DNA from: Amoebidium appalachense | Lineage: Eukaryota > Protista > Ichthyosporea | Assembly (NCBI GenBank): GCA_963693365.1 | Contig: CAVNZM010000001.1 | Location: forward strand, 990,054-1,054,053 | Length of the DNA stretch: 64,000 nt | Direction of reading: 5' to 3' | In this document: piece after piece, positions 23,799-36,255 of the stretch | How positions within the stretch are numbered: the stretch's first letter is position 1 | Layout: each line of letters begins with the position of its first letter | Notes under the pieces: generated by a model | What the model was told of the DNA's origin: nothing | The model's database searches: none | What the model saw: the letters and a program-made list of their open reading frames with translations, nothing else | Made by a program: the position numbers and the translations under genes

Positions 23799-24618
23799 TG
23801 TTAATTTGTATAAGTATTTGGGATGTAAGCAGAGACACAGTGGTGCAGTGTGAAAACACCACAGACACACAAAACACGGAACGATCGGAGCAGTGTACAC
23901 AACAGACATCAATGTTTAGAAACGACTGAACTGAATTTATTCTGATCTTCGAATAAATACCTGAAATTCCTCTAAGTCCAATCCATACATGATTTCCGAC
24001 CAGTCGGAAATCAGATCCATCTCTAATAGAAACCAATCACTAAGAACCAATTGCTTTCTGAGAGATCCGGTACGCGGAGACGTACACGATAGGACACAGA
24101 CACTAGTTAAGATCAACTCGTGTCATCATCAAGGAAGTTCTAACCTATGACATACTGCAAAGACTCAGACATATCACACTTAACCTTGATGATTGGTTAA
24201 AGCCCGGCAACACATGAAAACTAAAGTAAATTAATGAAGTCTAAACACACATGCTATTCTAAGTGTAGCCTAAGTGTGTTACCGTCCAATGAACACGTAT
24301 TAAGTAACACAAATCTACCTAACATATATTAGTAGAAAAGAAATATGATTATACACATGAAGACAAAGAGAGAAAGAAAAGAAAATAAGGAAGGAGAAAG
24401 AGGAAGGAAAAGAGAGCACAGATCAACAAACAAGATAGCAATGGCATAACTATAACCAGAGATATTTATGTACACACGAACATGTACACGTCTCTCCCTG
24501 AGTGGGTGGATCCGTGTACACACATATAAATATTCTAATCGATATTACAACACACGATTAAAGCCGATACAAGACGATTACAAGTATACAAGCATATCGG
24601 AGATCGATGCTACACTTG
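23799..24618 (-). repeat. Truncated LTR-A fused to family B gag
   Basis: Homology to LTR-A; junction filler GCTACACTT-GCTACACT-ACACT. Confidence 0.88.
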
Positions 24619-25365
24619 CTACACTACACTGGCTGTGCTGTTGCTTGTCGTGCCAAGCAGGAGAAAGGCAACAAGAGTGTGCAATTTGCACTCATCTCCT
24701 CCACCGGCACACCCGAACGTGACGACCCCGTCTGGGACAGTGCTTGTAATGCACACATCTGCCCCGTCAAGGAGTATTTCTCCTCCCTTACCCCGTGTCC
24801 TCCCACCCCCATTCACGGCCTCGGCACCGTCAATGCCACACACCGTGGCATCATCAACCTGACACTGCACTACAACGGCCACTCAACCCCGTGCAGCATC
24901 AATGCTTTCTACGTATCCGAGTCACCGTCTTTCCTCGTGTCTACCTCTTTACTCCCCCCCCATCCCACGAGCCTCCCCCTCCTTACACTCACCTAGCACT
25001 CCCTCCCCCCCCCCCCCCCCCCCCCCCTTCTTCTAACTCCACCCACACCCCCGCGTGCTCGGGCATCCCCTGCACAGGGCCCCGCTGCCCTCCCTGCAAA
25101 CCCTCCCTCGGGTCCAGCTGCCCTACTCTAACCCCCCGGGGCCCTGCGCCCCCCCCCCCCCCCCCCCCCCCCCCCCGATGCCGGGATCTCCCCGAGGGTG
25201 CCCCACCCTTGCTAACCACCCCTTCCCCCGAGGCTCAGACCCAGAGGCCCGCCGCTGCCCCAGCACCACGTTGACACCTCCCGCCTCCGGGAGCTGCTGG
25301 CCCCCTACCCAGACCAATCATTCGCCGCGCAGCTCCTCCACGATGTCGAATTCGGTGTCAACATC

Positions 25366-26270
25366 TGTTGTTTTGTATGGGTCTAAGGGAGCAGAGTGCA
25401 CAGAGGTGTCATGTAAAACACGACTAACACATTAATGAGAGGGCAATCGGAGTTGTTCACGAGACATTGAAAGATTCAAACAACAACTGATTCTTTATTG
25501 TGCCCTCGGTTCCTTTTGTACTTGCGACTTATCATCTTATCACAACTAAAGAGGGAGAACCAATCGGTCCTATCAGAAGATAGAAAAAAACATTCCGACA
25601 GAGCATACGCATTCCAACTGATTAAACTAAAGTTTAGAAACTCTTACTTAAATAAATTAAGTAATTATACATCTAGTCACTATTAACTCACATCTATATT
25701 TATGTTCGTCTCTATAAAGAAACTTATTTAAATACATATATTTCCTAATAGTCGACACTCTCAAAGTGAAGACACTTTGCAATAAACCGAATTCCATATA
25801 TATCTATTGTCCAATCACAACACACATATATTAATAGACAGGAATGCACAACACGATCTACAGATGTACTCGCTCGCGACTATTGGCGAGCCATCCTTTT
25901 GAGAACAAAACTAAGCCATTTTGAAATAAAGGAAAGACAACGAGTGTGGCTAGCCAATCACGCTACCTCTCAGATAAACAGAGGAGAGCAAACAGAAATA
26001 AAATACAATAAGTTCTTATCAGGCAAGAGAGCCAGGTGTGCACAGATCTACAGATATCTGTGCTCACAGAAACAAAGGAGAGAGAGATACGGGGGGGGGG
26101 GGGGGGGGGGGGGGAGAGAGAGAGAGAGAGAGAGAGGGAGAGAAAGAAAGAAAAGAGAAAAGAGAAAAGGAAGAGAGCACAAAGAAGGAAAGCAGACACG
26201 AATACAAACAAGCTAAGACACTTACATACTTCAAGGCTCTTGCTGTCATACATGGTGACGTATTCCAACA
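25366..26270 (-). repeat. 3' LTR of family C copia (copies 29531-30432, 33695-34599)
   Basis: TGTTGGAATACG...AAAACAACA on minus, preceded by PPT GAGTGGGGA. Confidence 0.9.
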
Positions 26271-26734
26271 TCCCCACTCAAGGGGTTGAAGTTTGTGTTC
26301 TCGTGCCTGTTGATGTGACGGTAGATGGGGTCCAAACACAGGAGGGGCCGTCACACTCAAGTCTCCCCACTCGAGGATGCAAACCGAAGATCCTTGAGGT
26401 GGGAACTAAAAAATAAAGTATGAAACTTGACAAAAACATATCATACTTGTAAGATGTGTATGACCATGTATTTTTAGTTGAATGCAAAAATAAAAAGGCA
26501 TTATTTCAAACAAACGTTCCAAAAACCCAAAAGTAGCTCGCAACCTCCTTAGATGAGGTCCAAACACAGGAGGGGCCGTCTCACTCAAGTTTCCCCACTC
26601 GAGGATGCAAACCGAAGATCCTTGAGGTGGGAAGGAGAGAATCAAAACAGAAGAGGCACACAACGACGGTTGCCTCGGAAGACTCGGAACAATAAATCAT
26701 GGTGGTTATCGTCGATATATATAGAGAGAGGAAA

Positions 26735-27450
26735 TGACATATACTAATCCGTCTCAGCAGATTAGCCTAAGTCCACGATAAAGATCGGGGGGGGGGGGGG
26801 GGGGGGTGGCCCGGGTCCACAGATCATCAAGATCAAGTCCGGGGCCTCAAGATAGCTGTACAGCTGCGTGCATCTTGCATCTGCCGGCGCAGGGCATTGG
26901 ACCAAGTCAGCCGGGGCAGCCGACCAATAGAATTCTAATTAGTGTGTAGGATAGATCGTAGGAGGACTTAGGAATGTGGTTGTTCGGGCAGAAGCTCTTT
27001 TGTAAGTATTGGCAAGGTTTGATAGTGTATGTTGCCAAACGTATTTATATATTTAGATGTAGAGGAAAGGGGGGGAGGGAGGGGGGGGGAGGATAGTATG
27101 AAATGTAGATTTAGACTCTGCGGTGCCACTAGGGGGAGGGTGAGGGGTGAGACATCATGGATAAATATATTAGTTGAGTAGATCGACTTAGCTCGTGCAG
27201 GCGCACGATAAAAGTAGATCGGAATGTTTGGAATGTGGCATCGTAGGGGCCCAGGTGATGATGATCTTTGAGGGCACGGCCTTGATGGCCTGAGTTGTAA
27301 CTTAAGTCTCATTCCGTACGGATCTAAGTTTGCCCGTCGGAGCCTGGTCTGAATAAACTTTACCGTTTTTCCGTACACGTTCGTTCCTTTTCGTGTGTGT
27401 ACACTTAGTAGAGTGCCGCGTCTCTAGTACATATACATTAGGATACGACA
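26735..27450. repeat. Solo LTR-like insertion, family D (copies 30897-31616, 35064-35777)
   Basis: TG...CA, 716 bp, TSD GGAAA (26730-34, 27451-55); absent from the homologous 3' UTR at ~41700. Confidence 0.82.
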
Positions 27451-27759
27451 GGAAACACTGGTGTATGTGTGACGTGTTGGTGGCTAATGTTTTATACTGG
27501 GGACCACCCAGGTAAACACAAGGCATGAACATCTTGTGGACTCTTTTATAGACTGGTTGTCAACCAGTAAAGACACGGGGAAGGTGCATGCCGTGGACTA
27601 GGTTTAGACTGGCAGTCAACCAGCTCGCAAGGCTATAGATAATTATTTATACTGGGTCGCCATCCCAGTTCGACATATATATAAAGTCGAATATAGAAGA
27701 AGACCAATATATATGGTGGGATATGAATATAAATAAACGACGGACGGTGGAGAATAATC

Positions 27760-27928
27760 CCCAGAGCAATGGTGGACTGATTGTCACAGTACACGGGGGT
27801 GGGCTCGGTCATGGGGTAGCCCAGTTCCTTGAGTAGATCACGGTGCCAGACAACATCTTGCACGGCAGCATTGAGGGCCAGGAGCTCGGCCTCACAGGTG
27901 GAAGTTGCAGTGATCGTCTGCAGCTTGG
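27760..27928 (-). pseudogene. Copia RNase H fragment of family C (in each array unit)
   Basis: KLQTITATSTCEAEL...YCDNQSTIAL. Confidence 0.88.
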
Positions 27929-29311
27929 TGTCATCTTCACTTGATTCTCGGCAAGACTTAGAAGTTGAGTTTTGTATTTGTTTATTAGTTTGTTGTAGTT
28001 TGTTTCCTTTTCCTTTCTTCCTTTCTTTCTTTCCTTTCTGTTTCCGTGTACACCGATATCTTAGATCTGTGTACGTATCGACATACTTAGCTGGCGCACA
28101 CGTATTGTCGTTTGTGTCAAATCTATATATGTCATCCAATCAAATCTCGTTTGTATTTTCCCAAATATAGTAACTTACATTCCTTTCCCATTCCTTTCTC
28201 ACGACGTAGCATTGTGCTATGTTCTCCAACTATTAGGAATACTTAATATTTTATTAGAAGTATCTTTCATTAGAGGATTGTATTCTATATTCTATGTGTC
28301 GACAGACATTTTGATCGATATATTTTACACTCATAGTTTTCGTCTTTCTGATTGGAAAATAGAGTTTTCGTTCTTTTGATTGGTTTATCGTTTTCACATT
28401 TTCACGTCTGCTCCGACATTGAACGTCTCTAGATCTGCTCCGACTACTGGATGAACAACAAGGCCTACCCGTCCTTCAACCAGCTCATCAGTGACATCCG
28501 AGGAGCTGAAATCCGTGCCGGCCTAATCGACGCAGGCAGTCCTCTTCGAGCACTTCAGAGCCGAGTGCTTCCCCCCGGTGACCTCCGTAACCGTATCCCT
28601 CGACGTGAGCATACACCTCACCGTTCCCCGTCCCGTTCCCGTGATCCTCCTCCGTCCTCCAAGTCACCCGGCCCCCGTTCAACTTCCCCTTACCATCGTG
28701 GTAACAGGGACAACCGTAACCGACAGCACAACACCAAGAAGGTGGAGTGTTCCTACTGCCATGAGCACCACCACATCACAGCATGCCCGGAGCCTGGCTG
28801 TGCTGTTGCTTGTCGTGCCAAGCAGGAGAAAGGCAACAAGAGTGTGCAATTTGCACTCATCTCCTCCACCGGCACACCCGAACGTGACGACCCCGTCTGG
28901 GACAGTGCTTGTAATGCACACATCTGCCCCGTCAAGGAGTATTTCTCCTCCCTTACCCCGTGTCCTCCCACCCCCATTCACGGCCTCGGCACCGTCAATG
29001 CCACACACCGTGGCATCATCAACCTGACACTGCACTACAACGGCCACTCAACCCCGTGCAGCATCAATGCTTTCTACGTATCCGAGTCACCGTCTTTCCT
29101 CGTGTCTACCTCTTTACTCCCCCCCATCCCACGAGCCTCCCCCTCCTTACACTCACCTAGCACTCCCCCTCCCCCCCCCCCCCCCCCCCCTTCTTCTAAC
29201 TCCACCCACACCCCCGCGTGCTCGGGCATCCCCTGCACAGGGCCCCGCTGCCCTCCCTGCAAACCCTCCCTCGGGTCCAGCTGCCCTACTCTAACCCCCC
29301 GGGGCCCTGCG

Positions 29312-29342
<31 letters not shown>

Positions 29343-32300
29343 ATGCCGGGATCTCCCCGAGGGTGCCCCACCCTTGCTAACCACCCCTTCCCCCGAGGCT
29401 CAGACCCAGAGGCCCGCCGCTGCCCCAGCACCACGTTGACACCTCCCGCCTCCGGGAGCTGCTGGCCCCCTACCCAGACCAATCATTCGCCGCGCAGCTC
29501 CTCCACGATGTCGAATTCGGTGTCAACATCTGTTGTTTTGTATGGGTCTAAGGGAGCAGAGTGCACAGAGGTGTCATGTAAAACACGACTAACACATTAA
29601 TGAGAGGGCAATCGGAGTTGTTCACGAGACATTGAAAGATTCAAACAACAACTGATTCTTTATTGTGCCCTCGGTTCCTTTTGTACTTGCGACTTATCAT
29701 CTTATCACAACTAAAGAGGGAGAACCAATCGGTCCTATCAGAAGATAGAAAAAAACATTCCGACAGAGCATACGCATTCCAACTGATTAAACTAAAGTTT
29801 AGAAACTCTTACTTAAATAAATTAAGTAATTATACATCTAGTCACTATTAACTCACATCTATATTTATGTTCGTCTCTATAAAGAAACTTATTTAAATAC
29901 ATATATTTCCTAATAGTCGACACTCTCAAAGTGAAGACACTTTGCAATAAACCGAATTCCATATATATCTATTGTCCAATCACAACACACATATATTAAT
30001 AGACAGGAATGCACAACACGATCTACAGATGTACTCGCTCGCGACTATTGGCGAGCCATCCTTTTGAGAACAAAACTAAGCCATTTTGAAATAAAGGAAA
30101 GACAACGAGTGTGGCTAGCCAATCACGCTACCTCTCAGATAAACAGAGGAGAGCAAACAGAAATAAAATACAATAAGTTCTTATCAGGCAAGAGAGCCAG
30201 GTGTGCACAGATCTACAGATATCTGTGCTCACAGAAACAAAGGAGAGAGAGATACGGGGGGGGGGGGGGGGGGGGGAGAGAGAGAGAGAGAGAGAGAGGG
30301 AGAGAAAGAAAGAAAAGAGAAAAGAGAAAAGGAAGAGAGCACAAAGAAGGAAAGCAGACACGAATACAAACAAGCTAAGACACTTACATACTTCAAGGCT
30401 CTTGCTGTCATACATGGTGACGTATTCCAACATCCCCACTCAAGGGGTTGAAGTTTGTGTTCTCGTGCCTGTTGATGTGACGGTAGATGGGGTCCAAACA
30501 CAGGAGGGGCCGTCACACTCAAGTCTCCCCACTCGAGGATGCAAACCGAAGATCCTTGAGGTGGGAACTAAAAAATAAAGTATGAAACTTGACAAAAACA
30601 TATCATACTTGTAAGATGTGTATGACCATGTATTTTTAGTTGAATGCAAAAATAAAAAGGCATTATTTCAAACAAACGTTCCAAAAACCCAAAAGTAGCT
30701 CGCAACCTCCTTAGATGAGGTCCAAACACAGGAGGGGCCGTCTCACTCAAGTTTCCCCACTCGAGGATGCAAACCGAAGATCCTTGAGGTGGGAAGGAGA
30801 GAATCAAAACAGAAGAGGCACACAACGACGGTTGCCTCGGAAGACTCGGAACAATAAATCATGGTGGTTATCGTCGATATATATAGAGAGAGGAAATGAC
30901 ATATACTAATCCGTCTCAGCAGATTAGCCTAAGTCCACGATAAAGATCGGGGGGGGGGGGGGGGGGGGGGGGTGGCCCGGGTCCACAGATCATCAAGATC
31001 AAGTCCGGGGCCTCAAGATAGCTGTACAGCTGCGTGCATCTTGCATCTGCCGGCGCAGGGCATTGGACCAAGTCAGCCGGGGCAGCCGACCAATAGAATT
31101 CTAATTAGTGTGTAGGATAGATCGTAGGAGGACTTAGGAATGTGGTTGTTCGGGCAGAAGCTCTTTTGTAAGTATTGGCAAGGTTTGATAGTGTATGTTG
31201 CCAAACGTATTTATATATTTAGATGTAGAGGAAAGGGGGGGAGGGAGGGGGGGGGAGGATAGTATGAAATGTAGATTTAGACTCTGCGGTGCCACTAGGG
31301 GGAGGGTGAGGGGTGAGACATCATGGATAAATATATTAGTTGAGTAGATCGACTTAGCTCGTGCAGGCGCACGATAAAAGTAGATCGGAATGTTTGGAAT
31401 GTGGCATCGTAGGGGCCCAGGTGATGATGATCTTTGAGGGCACGGCCTTGATGGCCTGAGTTGTAACTTAAGTCTCATTCCGTACGGATCTAAGTTTGCC
31501 CGTCGGAGCCTGGTCTGAATAAACTTTACCGTTTTTCCGTACACGTTCGTTCCTTTTCGTGTGTGTACACTTAGTAGAGTGCCGCGTCTCTAGTACATAT
31601 ACATTAGGATACGACAGGAAACACTGGTGTATGTGTGACGTGTTGGTGGCTAATGTTTTATACTGGGGACCACCCAGGTAAACACAAGGCATGAACATCT
31701 TGTGGACTGATTTATAGACTGGTTGTCAACCAGTAAAGACACGGGGAAGGTGCATGCCGTGGACTAGGTTTAGACTGGCAGTCAACCAGCTCGCAAGGCT
31801 ATAGATAATTATTTATACTGGGTCGCCATCCCAGTTCGACATATATATAAAGTCGAATATAGAAGAAGACCAATATATATGGTGGGATATGAATATAAAT
31901 AAACGACGGACGGTGGAGAATAATCCCCAGAGCAATGGTGGACTGATTGTCACAGTACACGGGGGTGGGCTCGGTCATGGGGTAGCCCAGTTCCTTGAGT
32001 AGATCACGGTGCCAGACAACATCTTGCACGGCAGCATTGAGGGCCAGGAGCTCGGCCTCACAGGTGGAAGTTGCAGTGATCGTCTGCAGCTTGGTGTCAT
32101 CTTCACTTGATTCTCGGCAAGACTTAGAAGTTGAGTTTTGTATTTGTTTATTAGTTTGTTGTAGTTTGTTTCCTTTTCCTTTCTTCCTTTCTTTCTTTCC
32201 TTTCTGTTTCCGTGTACACCGATATCTTAGATCTGTGTACGTATCGACATACTTAGCTGGCGCACACGTATTGTCGTTTGTGTCAAATCTATATATGTCA

Positions 32301-33474
32301 TCCAATCAAATCTCGTTTGTATTTTCCCAAATATAGTAACTTACATTCCTTTCCCATTCCTTTCTCACGACGTAGCATTGTGCTATGTTCTCCAACTATT
32401 AGGAATACTTAATATTTTATTAGAAGTATCTTTCATTAGAGGATTGTATTCTATATTCTATGTGTCGACAGACATTTTGATCGATATATTTTACACTCAT
32501 AGTTTTCGTCTTTCTGATTGGAAAATAGAGTTTTCGTTCTTTTGATTGGTTTATCGTTTTCACATTTTCACGTCTGCTCCGACATTGAACGTCTCTAGAT
32601 CTGCTCCGACTACTGGATGAACAACAAGGCCTACCCGTCCTTCAACCAGCTCATCAGTGACATCCGAGGAGCTGAAATCCGTGCCGGCCTAATCGACGCA
32701 GGCAGTCCTCTTCGAGCACTTCAGAGCCGAGTGCTTCCCCCCGGTGACCTCCGTAACCGTATCCCTCGACGTGAGCATACACCTCACCGTTCCCCGTCCC
32801 GTTCCCGTGATCCTCCTCCGTCCTCCAAGTCACCCGGCCCCCGTTCAACTTCCCCTTACCATCGTGGTAACAGGGACAACCGTAACCGACAGCACAACAC
32901 CAAGAAGGTGGAGTGTTCCTACTGCCATGAGCACCACCACATCACAGCATGCCCGGAGCCTGGCTGTGCTGTTGCTTGTCGTGCCAAGCAGGAGAAAGGC
33001 AACAAGAGTGTGCAATTTGCACTCATCTCCTCCACCGGCACACCCGAACGTGACGACCCCGTCTGGGACAGTGCTTGTAATGCACACATCTGCCCCGTCA
33101 AGGAGTATTTCTCCTCCCTTACCCCGTGTCCTCCCACCCCCATTCACGGCCTCGGCACCGTCAATGCCACACACCGTGGCATCATCAACCTGACACTGCA
33201 CTACAACGGCCACTCAACCCCGTGCAGCATCAATGCTTTCTACGTATCCGAGTCACCGTCTTTCCTCGTGTCTACCTCTTTACTCCCCCCCATCCCACGA
33301 GCCTCCCCCTCCTTACACTCACCTAGCACTCCCTCCCCCCCCCCCCCCCCCCCTTCTTCTAACTCCACCCACACCCCCGCGTGCTCGGGCATCCCCTGCA
33401 CAGGGCCCCGCTGCCCTCCCTGCAAACCCTCCCTCGGGTCCAGCTGCCCTACTCTAACCCCCCGGGGCCCTGCG

Positions 33475-33506
<32 letters not shown>

Positions 33507-36255
33507 ATGCCGGGATCTCCCCGAGGGTGCCCCACCCTTGCTAACCACCCCTTCCCCCGAGGCTCAGACCCAGAGGCCCGCCGCTGCCCCAGCACCACGT
33601 TGACACCTCCCGCCTCCGGGAGCTGCTGGCCCCCTACCCAGACCAATCATTCGCCGCGCAGCTCCTCCACGATGTCGAATTCGGTGTCAACATCTGTTGT
33701 TTTGTATGGGTCTAAGGGAGCAGAGTGCACAGAGGTGTCATGTAAAACACGACTAACACATTAATGAGAGGGCAATCGGAGTTGTTCACGAGACATTGAA
33801 AGATTCAAACAACAACTGATTCTTTATTGTGCCCTCGGTTCCTTTTGTACTTGCGACTTATCATCTTATCACAACTAAAGAGGGAGAACCAATCGGTCCT
33901 ATCAGAAGATAGAAAAAAACATTCCGACAGAGCATACGCATTCCAACTGATTAAACTAAAGTTTAGAAACTCTTACTTAAATAAATTAAGTAATTATACA
34001 TCTAGTCACTATTAACTCACATCTATATTTATGTTCGTCTCTATAAAGAAACTTATTTAAATACATATATTTCCTAATAGTCGACACTCTCAAAGTGAAG
34101 ACACTTTGCAATAAACCGAATTCCATATATATCTATTGTCCAATCACAACACACATATATTAATAGACAGGAATGCACAACACGATCTACAGATGTACTC
34201 GCTCGCGACTATTGGCGAGCCATCCTTTTGAGAACAAAACTAAGCCATTTTGAAATAAAGGAAAGACAACGAGTGTGGCTAGCCAATCACGCTACCTCTC
34301 AGATAAACAGAGGAGAGCAAACAGAAATAAAATACAATAAGTTCTTATCAGGCAAGAGAGCCAGGTGTGCACAGATCTACAGATATCTGTGCTCACAGAA
34401 ACAAAGGAGAGAGAGATACGGGGGGGGGGGGGGGGGGGGGGGGAGAGAGAGAGAGAGAGAGAGAGGGAGAGAAAGAAAGAAAAGAGAAAAGAGAAAAGGA
34501 AGAGAGCACAAAGAAGGAAAGCAGACACGAATACAAACAAGCTAAGACACTTACATACTTCAAGGCTCTTGCTGTCATACATGGTGACGTATTCCAACAT
34601 CCCCACTCAAGGGGTTGAAGTTTGTGTTCTCGTGCCTGTTGATGTGACGGTAGATGGGGTCCAAACACAGGAGGGGCCGTCACACTCAAGTCTCCCCACT
34701 CGAGGATGCAAACCGAAGATCCTTGAGGTGGGAACTAAAAAATAAAGTATGAAACTTGACAAAAACATATCATACTTGTAAGATGTGTATGACCATGTAT
34801 TTTTAGTTGAATGCAAAAATAAAAAGGCATTATTTCAAACAAACGTTCCAAAAACCCAAAAGTAGCTCGCAACCTCCTTAGATGAGGTCCAAACACAGGA
34901 GGGGCCGTCTCACTCAAGTTTCCCCACTCGAGGATGCAAACCGAAGATCCTTGAGGTGGGAAGGAGAGAATCAAAACAGAAGAGGCACACAACGACGGTT
35001 GCCTCGGAAGACTCGGAACAATAAATCATGGTGGTTATCGTCGATATATATAGAGAGAGGAAATGACATATACTAATCCGTCTCAGCAGATTAGCCTAAG
35101 TCCACGATAAAGATCGGGGGGGGGGGGGGGGGGGGTGGCCCGGGTCCACAGATCATCAAGATCAAGTCCGGGGCCTCAAGATAGCTGTACAGCTGCGTGC
35201 ATCTTGCATCTGCCGGCGCAGGGCATTGGACCAAGTCAGCCGGGGCAGCCGACCAATAGAATTCTAATTAGTGTGTAGGATAGATCGTAGGAGGACTTAG
35301 GAATGTGGTTGTTCGGGCAGAAGCTCTTTTGTAAGTATTGGCAAGGTTTGATAGTGTATGTTGCCAAACGTATTTATATATTTAGATGTAGAGGAAAGGG
35401 GGGAGGGAGGGGGGGGAGGATAGTATGAAATGTAGATTTAGACTCTGCGGTGCCACTAGGGGGAGGGTGAGGGGTGAGACATCATGGATAAATATATTAG
35501 TTGAGTAGATCGACTTAGCTCGTGCAGGCGCACGATAAAAGTAGATCGGAATGTTTGGAATGTGGCATCGTAGGGGCCCAGGTGATGATGATCTTTGAGG
35601 GCACGGCCTTGATGGCCTGAGTTGTAACTTAAGTCTCATTCCGTACGGATCTAAGTTTGCCCGTCGGAGCCTGGTCTGAATAAACTTTACCGTTTTTCCG
35701 TACACGTTCGTTCCTTTTCGTGTGTGTACACTTAGTAGAGTGCCGCGTCTCTAGTACATATACATTAGGATACGACAGGAAACACTGGTGTATGTGTGAC
35801 GTGTTGGTGGCTAATGTTTTATACTGGGGACCACCCAGGTAAACACAAGGCATGAACATCTTGTGGACTGATTTATAGACTGGTTGTCAACCAGTAAAGA
35901 CACGGGGAAGGTGCATGCCGTGGACTAGGTTTAGACTGGCAGTCAACCAGCTCGCAAGGCTATAGATAATTATTTATACTGGGTCGCCATCCCAGTTCGA
36001 CATATATATAAAGTCGAATATAGAAGAAGACCAATATATATGGTGGGATATGAATATAAATAAACGACGGACGGTGGAGAATAATCCCCAGAGCAATGGT
36101 GGACTGATTGTCACAGTACACGGGGGTGGGCTCGGTCATGGGGTAGCCCAGTTCCTTGAGTAGATCACGGTGCCAGACAACATCTTGCACGGCAGCATTG
36201 AGGGCCAGGAGCTCGGCCTCACAGGTGGAAGTTGCAGTGATCGTCTGCAGCTTGG

